Origin: Acidobacteriota bacterium
GTDB taxonomy: Bacteria; Acidobacteriota; Thermoanaerobaculia; Multivoradales; UBA5704
Assembly: GCA_040005235.1 (NCBI GenBank)
Contig: JBDTZG010000003.1
Location: forward strand, 128,001 to 192,000
Direction: 5' to 3'
DNA: 64,000 nucleotides
In this document: one piece after another, positions 36,845 through 46,750 of the stretch
How positions within the stretch are numbered: position 1 is the stretch's first letter
Layout: every line of letters starts with the position of its first letter
Made by a program: the position numbers and the translations under genes
The notes under the pieces: model-generated
What the model saw: only the letters and a program-made list of their open reading frames with translations
Told to the model about the DNA's origin: nothing
The model's database searches: none

Positions 36845-38947
36845 TCAGGCCAGCGCGCCGCCTTTGCGGACCTCGGCGCGCAACTCCTCCACACGTTCGA
36901 GCGTCGTCCGCACCTCCGGCAGCTCGGCCATCTCTTCGAGGGTGTAGCGGGCCTTACGCTGCCAGTTCGGCCGCTCGACGTGGGTTCCCGGGACATTCTG
37001 CGGCCGGGTCTCCCCCCAGAGGTCTTCGAGGTTGACCAGGGCGATCGGCGCAGGGCTTGCGGCCAGGTGCTCGTGGAGCGCGAGGGAGACCTGGGAAAAC
37101 TTCTGGTCTTCCGGGATGCTCCCGCCGCGGGTGATCGCCACCGCGGTAGCGAGCCGCGTTCGCAGGCGGCCCCGACGCTCGCGATCGCGTGCCGCCACCT
37201 CGTCGTCGATCGCGCCCAGCGCCTGGAGGTCGGCGATCTCGGCGCCCTGCCAGTAGGAATGAAACGGCGGCATGTCATGGGTGTTCAAAGAAGCCGCGGT
37301 GTTGGCGGGCGGTTTGCGGATCAGCTCCGGACCGTCGGGGTCGAGCTCGTACTGGGCGACGAACAGGCCCATGATGTTGTGGCGTTCCATCGCCTCATAG
37401 ACCTCGGGGGCGACGGTGCCGAGGTTCTCGCCGACCAGCGCGGAGCCGTGGCGGTGCGACTCGATCGACAGCACGGCGTACAGCTCCTCGGCCGGGTAGG
37501 TGACGTAGACCCCCTCGGTCGCGGGCAGGCCGTTCGGCACCCAGAACAGGCGGTGGAGCTGCATCACGTGGTCGATGCGCAGGAGGCCCGCGTGCTCCAG
37601 GTGATGGCGCAGGCTCGCGATCAGATAGTCGTAGCCGCGCTCGCGTTGGCGCTCGGGGTGGATCGGCGGAAAGCCCCAGTCCTGACCCCCTTGAAACAGC
37701 GCGTCCGGCGGCGCGCCGGCAGAAGAACCCCGGGCGAACAGATCGGGAAAACGCCAGACGTCGAACGAGCTGCCGTGCACTCCGAGCGGCAGGTCGAGGT
37801 AGAGCCCCGGTCCGCGGGCGCGGGCGGAGGCGGCCAGCTCGGCGAGCTGCTGCTCCGCGGCCCACTGTGCATAGAGGTGATAGCGCACCGTCTCGGGAAG
37901 GAAATCGGCGTCGGCCAGGCGCCCCTCGCGCTCGGCTTCCGGCCAGCTTTGCCACGAGGTGCCGTGACGGTCGCCCACAGCGCGGAATTTGGCGTATTCC
38001 TGAAGGTACGGCTTGGTCTTCAAAAAGCGCTCGAACTCCGACCGGCGGCCGTCCGAAAGCGACAGGGTGCTCTTCGCCAGCTCGGCGAGGACGCTCCGCT
38101 TGAGCTTCGCTGTGCGCGCCCAATCGACCGAGCCCAAGGCTGCGAGCGCCGCCGCCTCGGCGAGAAAATCGGCGCTTTCGACCAGCGCGCGGGCGCTGGC
38201 CGATCCGGAAAACTCAGGCAGGCGGCGCGGATCGACATAGACCTCGTTCCAGAACAGGCGCGAGGCGGGGGCGTAGGGGCTCGGCTCGAACGGCTCGGAA
38301 CCGAGAAAGGTCGCGAGCAGCGGCAGGGTCGCGACCAGGCCACCGCCGTACTCGGCGAGCCAGCGCGCCAGGCGGTCGAGATCGGAAAAATCGCCCGCGC
38401 CCCAGCTGTCGGCGGTGCGCAGGGCGTAAAGCGGAAGAAAGCCCCCCCAAAGACCGCGCTGCCGCAGCTCGAAACTGCGGCGCGGCGCGGCGAGGATCAG
38501 GACCTTCGAACGCTCGCCACGCACCTCGATCGTCAGGTGGTGGTTGCCGACCGGCACCGATTCGACCACCGGCAGCAGAACTTCGCCGGGGACGGCGCCC
38601 GGCCGCAGGGTGGAGCCGTCGATCGAGGTCAGCCAGCGATCGCCGCTTTCGAGATCAAGCTGGCAGCCGAACGCCCCCGTCCCGGGCGGCAGGCGCAGCG
38701 GCACGTAGACTTCCTTGCCCTCCCAAGAAACGACCACCGGCGGCGCCAGCCGCTCGGCAAGCTCGCGGCGCCGCTCGGCCAGTGCGTCGGTCGCGTCGGC
38801 GCTCCGATCGATCGGAGCGCCGAGCGCCGCAAGCACGCCCAGCAACGCCTCGGGGCTCGCCTGGCGGTCGTGGTGCCAGGCGTCGCGATAGGCGGTCTGC
38901 ACGCCGTGCAGGCGGGCGAGCTCCAGCAGATCGGAGTCAGACGACAT
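36845..38947 (-). CDS. malQ: 4-alpha-glucanotransferase (GH77)
   Basis: SPYAPASR, DLPLGV, GAPPD..GQDWG, LRIDHV, GENLG, THD, NVPGT..NW. Confidence 0.95.
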   Translation of the reverse strand: MSSDSDLLELARLHGVQTAYRDAWHHDRQASPEALLGVLAALGAPIDRSADATDALAERRRELAERLAPPVVVSWEGKEVYVPLRLPPGTGAFGCQLDLESGDRWLTSIDGSTLRPGAVPGEVLLPVVESVPVGNHHLTIEVRGERSKVLILAAPRRSFELRQRGLWGGFLPLYALRTADSWGAGDFSDLDRLARWLAEYGGGLVATLPLLATFLGSEPFEPSPYAPASRLFWNEVYVDPRRLPEFSGSASARALVESADFLAEAAALAALGSVDWARTAKLKRSVLAELAKSTLSLSDGRRSEFERFLKTKPYLQEYAKFRAVGDRHGTSWQSWPEAEREGRLADADFLPETVRYHLYAQWAAEQQLAELAASARARGPGLYLDLPLGVHGSSFDVWRFPDLFARGSSAGAPPDALFQGGQDWGFPPIHPERQRERGYDYLIASLRHHLEHAGLLRIDHVMQLHRLFWVPNGLPATEGVYVTYPAEELYAVLSIESHRHGSALVGENLGTVAPEVYEAMERHNIMGLFVAQYELDPDGPELIRKPPANTAASLNTHDMPPFHSYWQGAEIADLQALGAIDDEVAARDRERRGRLRTRLATAVAITRGGSIPEDQKFSQVSLALHEHLAASPAPIALVNLEDLWGETRPQNVPGTHVERPNWQRKARYTLEEMAELPEVRTTLERVEELRAEVRKGGALA

Positions 38948-39192
38948 GATGCGCGCTCTCCTCGAATTCGAGTCGATGTTATCCGGTTATCGCGTCCGTT
39001 CGAGCGAGCGCGCGAGGAGGTTCGCGGTGATCTGCGCGCCGAATTCGTGCCCGTCCAGGGCACCGCCCTCTCGGAAAAAGCTCTCGCTTCTACACCGAAA
39101 AGACCCCTAACTGCACAATAATCGGTTCAAACCCGTACAATAGGCGGCAGGAGCCTCCGGGCCACCCGGAAAACTTTTTCGCCGTAGTTCTT

Positions 39193-40530
39193 ATGAGGAC
39201 ATTGCTGCCCATGTCGAGATCTCGCGCACTCGCCCTCTCCTGCCTCGCACTGCTCGCCGCGCCGGCCCTCGCCGAAATCCGCTTCGTACCGGTCCCGATG
39301 TACGGTCCAGGCACGGTCAAGATCCTGGCCGAATACTCCCGCGCAACCACCGGACCGCACAAGGTGGACGTCACCCGCGTTCCCGAAGGGGTGTCCGGCT
39401 TGGGGATCGTGGCCACGCACGACCAGGTCTACATCGGCCCCTCGACCGCGACCAAGTACCCGCTGCTCAACATTACCCCCGGCGCTCCGGGGCTGATCGT
39501 TCTGAACGCGGAGCCCGGCTTGGTGGCCGACGAAGTCTCGTTGGAGCTCGGCAAGGCGCCGACCAACTCGGGGTGGGAGCTACCGCTCCTGAGCTCGGAG
39601 ACCGCCTTTCGCGCCAACGCTTTCGCCTTTGTCCAGAACTTGACCAAGACGAGCGACGCCACCAGCAACTTGAGTCTGTTCAACGTGAGCGGCCTCGCCG
39701 CCACCTGCCGGTACCAGATTCTGCGCCCGAACAACACGGTGCTCGCCGAGCGCACCGATATCGCGGTTCCCGCGGTCGGCGCCGTGCGCTTCGACGACGT
39801 GCTCGCGACCGCCGCGGTCGGTGGCGGCTACGTCGGCTCGGTCACCTGCAACCAGGCCTTCTACGCCATGGGCGCCCTCCCGAACAGCGACCGGACCCGC
39901 GCGCGGACGTACTATCCCACGACCGCGTTCCCCACCGCCGGCACCGCAACGACCCTGGTCGACCGGCGCGGCCTGTTCCTGAACGTGGTGGACGGCAACT
40001 CCTTCCTGCGCATCCCCGTGCCGCTCCAAACCGCTCCCTCCGGCCCCGGGCCGCGCTACAAGTCGTTGACCATCGACTTCGACGCCCGGACCGCCGATCC
40101 GGAAGGCTACACCGTGATCCGTAACCTCGTCGGCTTCTTGAGGAACGGCGGTCGTCGGTTCAAGAAGACCCTCTATTTCGGCAACTTCGACCGTCTCGAC
40201 GCCCTCGGAGGGCCGAAGATGATCGTCGATGTCGGCACCCCCTACATCGAAACCACGATCAAACGCCTGCTCGACCTCTCGGGTCCGACCAAGAACCTGC
40301 ACTTCCACATCGAGCTGAACGCGGACCAGAAGCTCATGGTCTACCAGATCTTCAACGCCAACAACTCCGCCATCTTCAATATGTCGTCCTCGCTTTACAA
40401 CGACGACCTGAACGCGGTGGGAGCCGACGTACCAACGCTCGAATTCGGCCTGCCCGGGGTGGCGGATGACGCCTACTACCCGCCGTACGGCTGGCGCTTT
40501 CTTAACCTGAAGGTGGTCGGCCGGAAATAA
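39193..40530 (+). CDS. Secreted hypothetical protein
   Basis: Signal peptide (AAPALA); strong GC3 bias; beta-rich; start may be ATG 39211. Confidence 0.75.
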   Translation: MRTLLPMSRSRALALSCLALLAAPALAEIRFVPVPMYGPGTVKILAEYSRATTGPHKVDVTRVPEGVSGLGIVATHDQVYIGPSTATKYPLLNITPGAPGLIVLNAEPGLVADEVSLELGKAPTNSGWELPLLSSETAFRANAFAFVQNLTKTSDATSNLSLFNVSGLAATCRYQILRPNNTVLAERTDIAVPAVGAVRFDDVLATAAVGGGYVGSVTCNQAFYAMGALPNSDRTRARTYYPTTAFPTAGTATTLVDRRGLFLNVVDGNSFLRIPVPLQTAPSGPGPRYKSLTIDFDARTADPEGYTVIRNLVGFLRNGGRRFKKTLYFGNFDRLDALGGPKMIVDVGTPYIETTIKRLLDLSGPTKNLHFHIELNADQKLMVYQIFNANNSAIFNMSSSLYNDDLNAVGADVPTLEFGLPGVADDAYYPPYGWRFLNLKVVGRK

Positions 40531-40690
40531 ACTTCGGCCTGGCAGCCGGGAGATCGAGGGGCGGAAGATCTCGGGGAACCGAGACTCCGCCCCTCGGCGC
40601 ATCCGATCGGTCCCGGCGCGATGCGGTTCTCCCCCAAAAGCCTTCTTTCCCCGGTTTTCCAAGCTAAGCTTCCACCCTGGAAGCATCGCC

Positions 40691-41755
40691 GTGCGAAAGA
40701 TCGCCCTTATTCTCGCCTCTTTCTTGCTCGCGTTGGTCGCGGCCGAAGGTGTGATCCGCCTGCTCGGCGCCGCGCCGGAGGTCGGCTGGGTCCGAATCGG
40801 TCGATTCCAACTGTCGAAAGATCCCCTGATCGGCTTCGAGCCGATACCCTCCCTCCTCACCACCGAATTCACCAACGACCTGGTCGATTACACCGGCGCG
40901 GCCAACCGCCTGGGTTTCCGCGACCGCGAACACCCGGTGGAGAAGCCGCCCGGCGTGTTCAGAATCCTGGTGCTTGGCGACAGCGTGGGCGTGGGCCTCA
41001 AGGTCGAGCGGTACGAACAGACGTTTCCCGCATTGCTCGAACAGAACCTCCGTCAAAACGGCTGGAACGCCGAGGTGATCAACCTATCGGTCACCGGTTA
41101 CAACACCCAGCAGGAAGTCGAGTCTTTCGTCGAAAAAGGGCTGAGATTTTCGCCCGACCTGGTGCTCGTCGCCTACACCCTGAGCGACCGCGAGCGGCTC
41201 GACGGCAATATTATGGAGACGCTGCTTTCGGCGGCGCGCATCGGTCCGGCCCGGACGATGCGGAAGGCGAACCCCTATCTGATTCACAGCGCGCTCTACC
41301 GCTTCCTGTTGTACCGGGTCTTCCGCCCCAAGGCGACTCACACGAACGAGGCGGAATCGAAAGAGTCGGAGCGGGCGCTAGCAGCGATCTCGGGCGACAC
41401 CGTGGCGCCTTCGCTCGCGCGGTTGGGGAAGCTCGCCCAAGAGCACCGGTTCCGCGTTCTGGTCGCCGTTTTTCCCTATTTCGTCCACCTGACCGACGGC
41501 TACAAATACCGAGCCGAACACGCCTCCGCCGCTCGCGAAGCCACCCGCAACGGCTTCGAGGTACTGGACCTGCTGGCTCCGCTGCAGAGATGCCAGCGCG
41601 CCGCCGGCCAGGCGATCCACGTCGACAGCTTCCACCCCAATGAGATCGGTCACCGCTGCGCCGCGGAAGCGATGGGGAATGCGATTCTTTTCGGCGCCCC
41701 GCCCAACCAATGGGCCCGCCACCGCAGGAAACCGCGGCATACCCAGCGGTCGTAG
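40691..41755 (+). CDS. SGNH/GDSL hydrolase family protein, membrane anchored
   Basis: N..GFRD, LVLGDSV, NLSVTGY, DSFHPNEIGH. Confidence 0.88.
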   Translation: MRKIALILASFLLALVAAEGVIRLLGAAPEVGWVRIGRFQLSKDPLIGFEPIPSLLTTEFTNDLVDYTGAANRLGFRDREHPVEKPPGVFRILVLGDSVGVGLKVERYEQTFPALLEQNLRQNGWNAEVINLSVTGYNTQQEVESFVEKGLRFSPDLVLVAYTLSDRERLDGNIMETLLSAARIGPARTMRKANPYLIHSALYRFLLYRVFRPKATHTNEAESKESERALAAISGDTVAPSLARLGKLAQEHRFRVLVAVFPYFVHLTDGYKYRAEHASAAREATRNGFEVLDLLAPLQRCQRAAGQAIHVDSFHPNEIGHRCAAEAMGNAILFGAPPNQWARHRRKPRHTQRS

Positions 41756-41876
41756 CCGTGGGGTCCGGGCTCGAAGCGCCTCGAAGATCTTCGCCCTCCT
41801 TAGGTCCCTATGGACCGCGCCGTGCCCGACACGCAGATCGAACTGCCGGGCGCGGGCGGAATTTCCGCACGGATTA

Positions 41877-42167
41877 CTAGTACCCCTGAAGACTCCGAAC
41901 CTCGTCGTAGCATCCCCCGCACAGCAACTTGATGCCCGCAAACGCCTCGGATCGTTCGTTCCAATCGCCCGAATGGCCGCCTTCGCGAATTCGAACTAGT
42001 TCGCATGCCGAGCACCAAGCGTCTCCCCGGGGCGAGTCGTCGAAGAAGAAACCAATCCTCTCTCGCGTCCGCAGTGCGCTTACCAGGTGTTGGCAAACAA
42101 ACGTCTCCTGCTGCATCCCGTGTTCGGCACATTCGACCAGTTCGCCCATAGGCTCCTTGACAGGCAT
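41877..42167 (-). CDS. Small Cys/His-rich hypothetical protein, putative Zn binder
   Basis: CxxH, CxH, WCxxC, LCxxCY. Confidence 0.65.
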   Translation of the reverse strand: MPVKEPMGELVECAEHGMQQETFVCQHLVSALRTRERIGFFFDDSPRGDAWCSACELVRIREGGHSGDWNERSEAFAGIKLLCGGCYDEVRSLQGY

Positions 42168-42205
42168 TGGCCAGACAGATTCTCAAGCGGATTGGGGGCC
42201 TACGT

Positions 42206-42280
42206 TGGAGCCGACGGCCGGGATTGAACCGGCGACCTGCTGATTACGAATCAGCTGCTCTACCGCTGAGCTACGTCGGC
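42206..42280 (-). tRNA. tRNA-Thr (anticodon CGU)
   Basis: Reverse complement GCCGACGTAGCTCAGCGGTAGAGCAGCTGATTCGTAATCAGCAGGTCGCCGGTTCAATCCCGGCCGTCGGCTCCA; cloverleaf, loop TTCGTAA, encoded CCA. Confidence 0.97.
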
Positions 42281-42554
42281 AATTTGAAGCAGGAGCGCTT
42301 GGGACCGCGAGCGCTGGCGGATTGTAGGGGATCGCCCCGGCGGGCGCAACACGCACCCCGGGGGTGCACAGGCCCCTGCCAAAGTCGCGCCGCAACCGAC
42401 TCTCTCGGGCAGCCCCGTCCGATCGCAGGCTACTTCCGAATCTGCACCCCTACCCCCTCCTGAAAGACCTTGTCAAAGCCAGACGGGATCCTCTCTTGGC
42501 CGCCACTCCAACCGTGTTAGCGTCTCGCGCGATGATCCCCGGGACTCAGTCTTA

Positions 42555-43364
42555 ATGCCCTTCCGCCGTGCCCTGCTTCTTGCCTTCCTGCTGATCGCCC
42601 TTGGGCTCGTGTTCGTAGGTCCCGTCTCTTCTTGGGCGGGCAGCCCGGATGCGTATCGCCGCCTGACGCTCTGGGGAAGCCCGTTCGGGGTTCTAATGCT
42701 CTCGACTCTCCTGGTCCCTCGCGGCGGTCCGGGAGGTTCGTTGCACGGTGCTGCCGGCGGCCGGACCGGCAGGGTCGTCGTCGCTGGGTTCGCCGCGCTG
42801 CTGGCCGACCTGCTCTATCTCGGTTACGCCCAGGCATCCCATGCGGCCACCTTTACCTATGGCGCGCAGAAGCTAGCGAACGGCCGGCTGGCGTGGGTCA
42901 TGATTTGGGCGCTGCCGATGTGGGTCGCTCTCGGTGTGTTCGCCTGGGAGCGCGCCCTGCGGGCCGGGGTCTACTCCGGCTTGCGCGTGCAGTTGGGGCC
43001 CTTCGGCGCGGGAGCGGTCGCCGCGCTCGCCGGGACGACGCTCGCGCTGCCGGCGATTCTGCCCGGCGGCGAGGTGCGGGACGCCGGATTCGTCGCGGCC
43101 GGGTTGGTGGCAATCATTGCGCGCGAGGCGGTTTGCACGATCCTGTTCGTCCGCGGCGGTTTGCTCACCGCCGGGGTTTTCCGCGGCGTTTCGATGTTCC
43201 TCGAAGCGTTCGTGATCGCCGATTGGAACTCCCTCTACTTTCCCGGATTCCAGGTCGTTTCCAACACCCCCTCGTTCTACCTGGCGCGGGCCTCAGCGGC
43301 CCTGCTCTCCGTCGCGGCGGCGTTGCTTTTGACCCGCTACTCTTCTCGAGAGGTCTCGTCATGA
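42555..43364 (+). CDS. Polytopic membrane protein, possibly degenerate CPBP/Abi-like
   Basis: About 7-8 hydrophobic segments; WERALRAGVY loosely resembles EExxxRG. Confidence 0.65.
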   Translation: MPFRRALLLAFLLIALGLVFVGPVSSWAGSPDAYRRLTLWGSPFGVLMLSTLLVPRGGPGGSLHGAAGGRTGRVVVAGFAALLADLLYLGYAQASHAATFTYGAQKLANGRLAWVMIWALPMWVALGVFAWERALRAGVYSGLRVQLGPFGAGAVAALAGTTLALPAILPGGEVRDAGFVAAGLVAIIAREAVCTILFVRGGLLTAGVFRGVSMFLEAFVIADWNSLYFPGFQVVSNTPSFYLARASAALLSVAAALLLTRYSSREVSS

Positions 43365-43394
43365 GCGAGGCGAAGAAGTAAGGCCGAAACTCGA

Positions 43395-44600
43395 CTACCC
43401 CGCGAACGGCCGATCGAGGAATTCCTTCGCCCGGTCGCGGGCGTCGCCGACGCTCTTCATGGCGAGGACCTCGCGGTAGCAGCGGAGCGCCTCGTCGCGA
43501 CGGCCGAGGGCGTCGTAGGCCATGCCGCGGCGAAGGCGGCCGACCGCCTGGTAGTAGGCGTCGTAGGTGTGCTCCGAGGCGAGGAACTCAAGCCGGTCGA
43601 GATATTCGAGCGCGCCGTCGTAGCGGCGCTGCCCCATCTCGACCCGGGCGAGCCAATAGAGCGCCTCTTCGGCCACTGCTCCGCTGTAACCAGGTGCGCC
43701 CTCCACCTGGCGCTCGGCGACTTCCTGGAGGATCACCCCGGCTTCGGCCCAGCGCCCCCAGCGGGCGTACATCCGGCCCTCGGCGACGTGGAACAGCGAG
43801 TTCGTGGGATAGGCCTGCCGCAGCTGCGCCAGCTCGGCCGAGGCGCGCGGGAGATCTCCTTCGAACTGGTCGAGGATCTGGAACAAGGCATAGCGCGCCT
43901 CGGTCTTCGAGAACCGGCTGCGTTCGGCGGCGCGGCGCAGCTCCGCCATGCCGCGCGCCTTGTCACCTTTGGGAAAGAGCCGGGCGATCGGCCTCAACCA
44001 CTTGTAGCGCTCGGGCACCGCCTCCACCAGGTAGTCGAAAAGTCCGATGCCGAAGGCGAGGTCGTCGTTGTTGGGGTCGCGCTTCGCCAAGCGCCGCATG
44101 TCTTTAAGTGCCCGGCGCCCGTCGAGTCCCGCGCGCATCCAACTCCCCCGATAGGTGGCGAGGCGCGCCCGGAACGCCGAGGCTCCCGCCTCGAAGAACA
44201 GGCCGTCGACGTCGTTGTCGTTTTTGCGTAACCGGCGTTTGGCCAGATCGAGCGAGCGGTCGATATGGGTGAGGAAATCGGCGTCGAGCGAACTGTTTTC
44301 CGGATCGATCAGCAGGCGCCACCAGGGGACCAGCGCGCGCAGCAGCGGCCCGGCCGGATGCTCGGGAAAATGCCGCTCGACCTCGGCGAACTGCGCCTCG
44401 GCGGCCGGAAAATCCATCGAGTACAGCCGGTCGAGCCCGGCGAGCACCCGCTCGCGGAAGTAGGGATCGTCGAAGATCGAAGCCGGCCGCCGCGCTGCCG
44501 GTACCGCCGCGGCGCGGGCGGGCGTAACCGCGGATCCGAAGAGGCCGAAAGCGAAGAGGAGGGCGGAAACGAATGCGGTGCGGCGAAGAGCTGTCAACAC
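43395..44600 (-). CDS. Secreted TPR-repeat protein
   Basis: Signal peptide; multiple TPR helices (RRGMAYDALGRRDEALRCYREVL). Confidence 0.8.
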   Translation of the reverse strand: MLTALRRTAFVSALLFAFGLFGSAVTPARAAAVPAARRPASIFDDPYFRERVLAGLDRLYSMDFPAAEAQFAEVERHFPEHPAGPLLRALVPWWRLLIDPENSSLDADFLTHIDRSLDLAKRRLRKNDNDVDGLFFEAGASAFRARLATYRGSWMRAGLDGRRALKDMRRLAKRDPNNDDLAFGIGLFDYLVEAVPERYKWLRPIARLFPKGDKARGMAELRRAAERSRFSKTEARYALFQILDQFEGDLPRASAELAQLRQAYPTNSLFHVAEGRMYARWGRWAEAGVILQEVAERQVEGAPGYSGAVAEEALYWLARVEMGQRRYDGALEYLDRLEFLASEHTYDAYYQAVGRLRRGMAYDALGRRDEALRCYREVLAMKSVGDARDRAKEFLDRPFAG

Positions 44601-44642
44601 GGGGAAAGCTTACTCTCGTTTGAAGAAAACGGAACTCGGGCG

Positions 44643-45353
44643 CTAGGGTTTGCGCGCCGGGACGGCTCGCAGGACGATCGTCACCTCGCTGCCGTCCGGC
44701 GGCAGCACGCCGTCGCGCACCCGGAAGGTCGTGGTCTTGTTCGTGTAGTCGCGCACCGTGTAGGCGCGATTGCCGATTTTGCTGCCGGGGCAGGAATAGA
44801 GGCAGATCAGGCATCCCGAGTGCGACAGGTGGATGTTGCCTTCGTGGCCGCCGAACCGCATGTCGAATCCGCGCCGGGCCGGGTCGGTGAGGACGTCGCC
44901 CAACCCGAGCAGTTTCTTGCCGCCCGGCAGGCGAACCAGCACCTCGATCCCCGGCCCTTCGATCAACTTGTCGCTCGCAGGCGATTGTGCGTCGTTGCGA
45001 TCGTTCCAGGTCTCCATGCCAAGGGCGTTGCCGGGTTTCAATCCCAGCCGTTCGAGCGCGGCGAGAATCGCCCCGTCCGAGACCCGAGAAAGAAACAGCG
45101 CCGCCCCGGCAGCCCCCCCTTCTTTCCAGACCAGAAGGTGATACCCCGGCATGCCGAAGCCGAGCAGCTCGCGCTCGAACTTGGCGCGGTTGACCACCGC
45201 GGGAAGCTCGATGCGATCGCGATAGGCCCGGATCAAGCTGCCGCCATCGTCCGATCCGCCCGAAGAGGCCCGGCAAGCGCCGGCCGCCACCAGGCTTTGA
45301 AGCGCGAGGACGAGGACCGCGAAGCGGCGCGTGAGCCTGGACATAGGCATCAC
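44643..45353 (-). CDS. YdjY-domain lipoprotein
   Basis: Lipobox AGAC; YHLLVW.EGGA, LGLKPGNAL, SGCLICLYSCP. Confidence 0.7.
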   Translation of the reverse strand: MMPMSRLTRRFAVLVLALQSLVAAGACRASSGGSDDGGSLIRAYRDRIELPAVVNRAKFERELLGFGMPGYHLLVWKEGGAAGAALFLSRVSDGAILAALERLGLKPGNALGMETWNDRNDAQSPASDKLIEGPGIEVLVRLPGGKKLLGLGDVLTDPARRGFDMRFGGHEGNIHLSHSGCLICLYSCPGSKIGNRAYTVRDYTNKTTTFRVRDGVLPPDGSEVTIVLRAVPARKP

Positions 45354-46675
45354 GAGCCTTCCGTGGCCGGAGCGGCGGCTCGGTTGCGGACCTCTTCCGG
45401 GGAGCCCACGGCCGCCCGGGCGAGCAGCGACCAGCGCTCGCGCCGGGGCTGGAACGGGAAAAGGCGCTGGGCGAAGCAGAAGAAATCAAACAGCCTCAGG
45501 CGCCAACGGATCGAGAAGGCGGGCCGCGGAAAGACTTCGCCCGCGAGCAGCGAGATGAACGCGCGGTGGATTTGGAGCGGTCCTACGCCGGACATGAACA
45601 GATCGCGGAACGCCGGATCGTAGAACCGGTCGACAATGCGGAAGAACGCCGAGGAGCTCCCCTCGATGTAGCGAATGTAGCGCCGCCGCGCGGGATGGGC
45701 CTTCCCGCCGGCGATCAGCCCTGCCACCTCTTCGGCGGCGCGCACGGCGCTCATCATCGCCAGGCAGACACCGGTTGAGAAGATCGGATCGACGAACGTG
45801 GCGGCATCGCCCACCAGAAAATAGCCCGGCCCGGCGTAGGGGGTGCAGCGGTAGGAGAAATCGGCGATCACGCCATTGTTGCCCGAGAATTCGGCGTTCT
45901 GGGTCAAACCGGCGACCAGCGGCGAGCGCTCGATTCCCCAGGCGAGCATGCGGTCGGCCGGCACGTTCGCCTGTCGGGCGCGGTAGTCGTCGAGCACCAG
46001 ACCGATCGAGGTCCGCTCCTCGTCGAGCGGGATCACCCAGAACCACCCCTCCTCGCACATGACGATGCGGATGTAGCCGCCTTCCACCCCGGGCGCGCGC
46101 TCGACACCCTTGAAGTGGCCGAAGTAGGCCACCTTCTTCAAGTGCGGCAGAACCCGCCGGAGACCCAGGTGCTTGCCCACCACGGTCGATTGGCCGGAGG
46201 CGTCGATCAGCCAACGGCCCGAGATCGTGCGGCCGTCCGACAGCTCGACCGCCACGTCACCGTCGGCGAGGCGCGGAAAGCCGCGCACGGCGCACCCTTC
46301 GACCACCTCGGCGCCGGCTTCGCGCGCGGCGTCGAGCAGCATCGCGTCGAACGGCCCGCGTTCGAGGTTCATGGCGCGATCCGAACCGGGAACCAGGCCG
46401 TCGGAGAAGCGGATCGAGCCTCCGTCGCGGCCATGGCCGGTGATGAAATCGGCGCCGAGCTTCGGGATCTGCGGCAGCTTCGCCGCCCGTTCGGCAAGAC
46501 CCAGATCTTGGATCAGCTGGAAATTGCGCGGCAGGAGCGATTCGCCGATGTGGAAATGGGGAAACGTCGCGCGGTCGATAACCAGCGCCCGAAGACCTTT
46601 GCGCGCCAGCGTAAGGGCTGCGGTCGACCCACCCGGGCCGGCACCGAGGATCAGGGCGTCGTAGGTTTCGTTCAT
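45350..46675 (-). CDS. Flavin-dependent halogenase-family FAD oxidoreductase
   Basis: GAGPGG, FPHFHIGESLLP, DASG, WFWVIP (WxWxIP), GDAATFVDPIFSTGV. Confidence 0.8.
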   Translation of the reverse strand: MNETYDALILGAGPGGSTAALTLARKGLRALVIDRATFPHFHIGESLLPRNFQLIQDLGLAERAAKLPQIPKLGADFITGHGRDGGSIRFSDGLVPGSDRAMNLERGPFDAMLLDAAREAGAEVVEGCAVRGFPRLADGDVAVELSDGRTISGRWLIDASGQSTVVGKHLGLRRVLPHLKKVAYFGHFKGVERAPGVEGGYIRIVMCEEGWFWVIPLDEERTSIGLVLDDYRARQANVPADRMLAWGIERSPLVAGLTQNAEFSGNNGVIADFSYRCTPYAGPGYFLVGDAATFVDPIFSTGVCLAMMSAVRAAEEVAGLIAGGKAHPARRRYIRYIEGSSSAFFRIVDRFYDPAFRDLFMSGVGPLQIHRAFISLLAGEVFPRPAFSIRWRLRLFDFFCFAQRLFPFQPRRERWSLLARAAVGSPEEVRNRAAAPATEGS

Positions 46676-46750
46676 CTCGGACCAAGTCGTTCCCCGCGCT
46701 CCGCGCCGCTGGAGTCGACCCGGGGCGCGAGATGCAGGGAGGGTGAGGGC

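Noticed and set aside
36980-39121. Long antisense ORFs (also 9887..10963, 19906..21330, 30844..32190, 46115..47710, 53191..54732, 61539..63398)
   Set aside because: Shadow frames of well-supported genes, expected in high-GC DNA; no recognisable motifs
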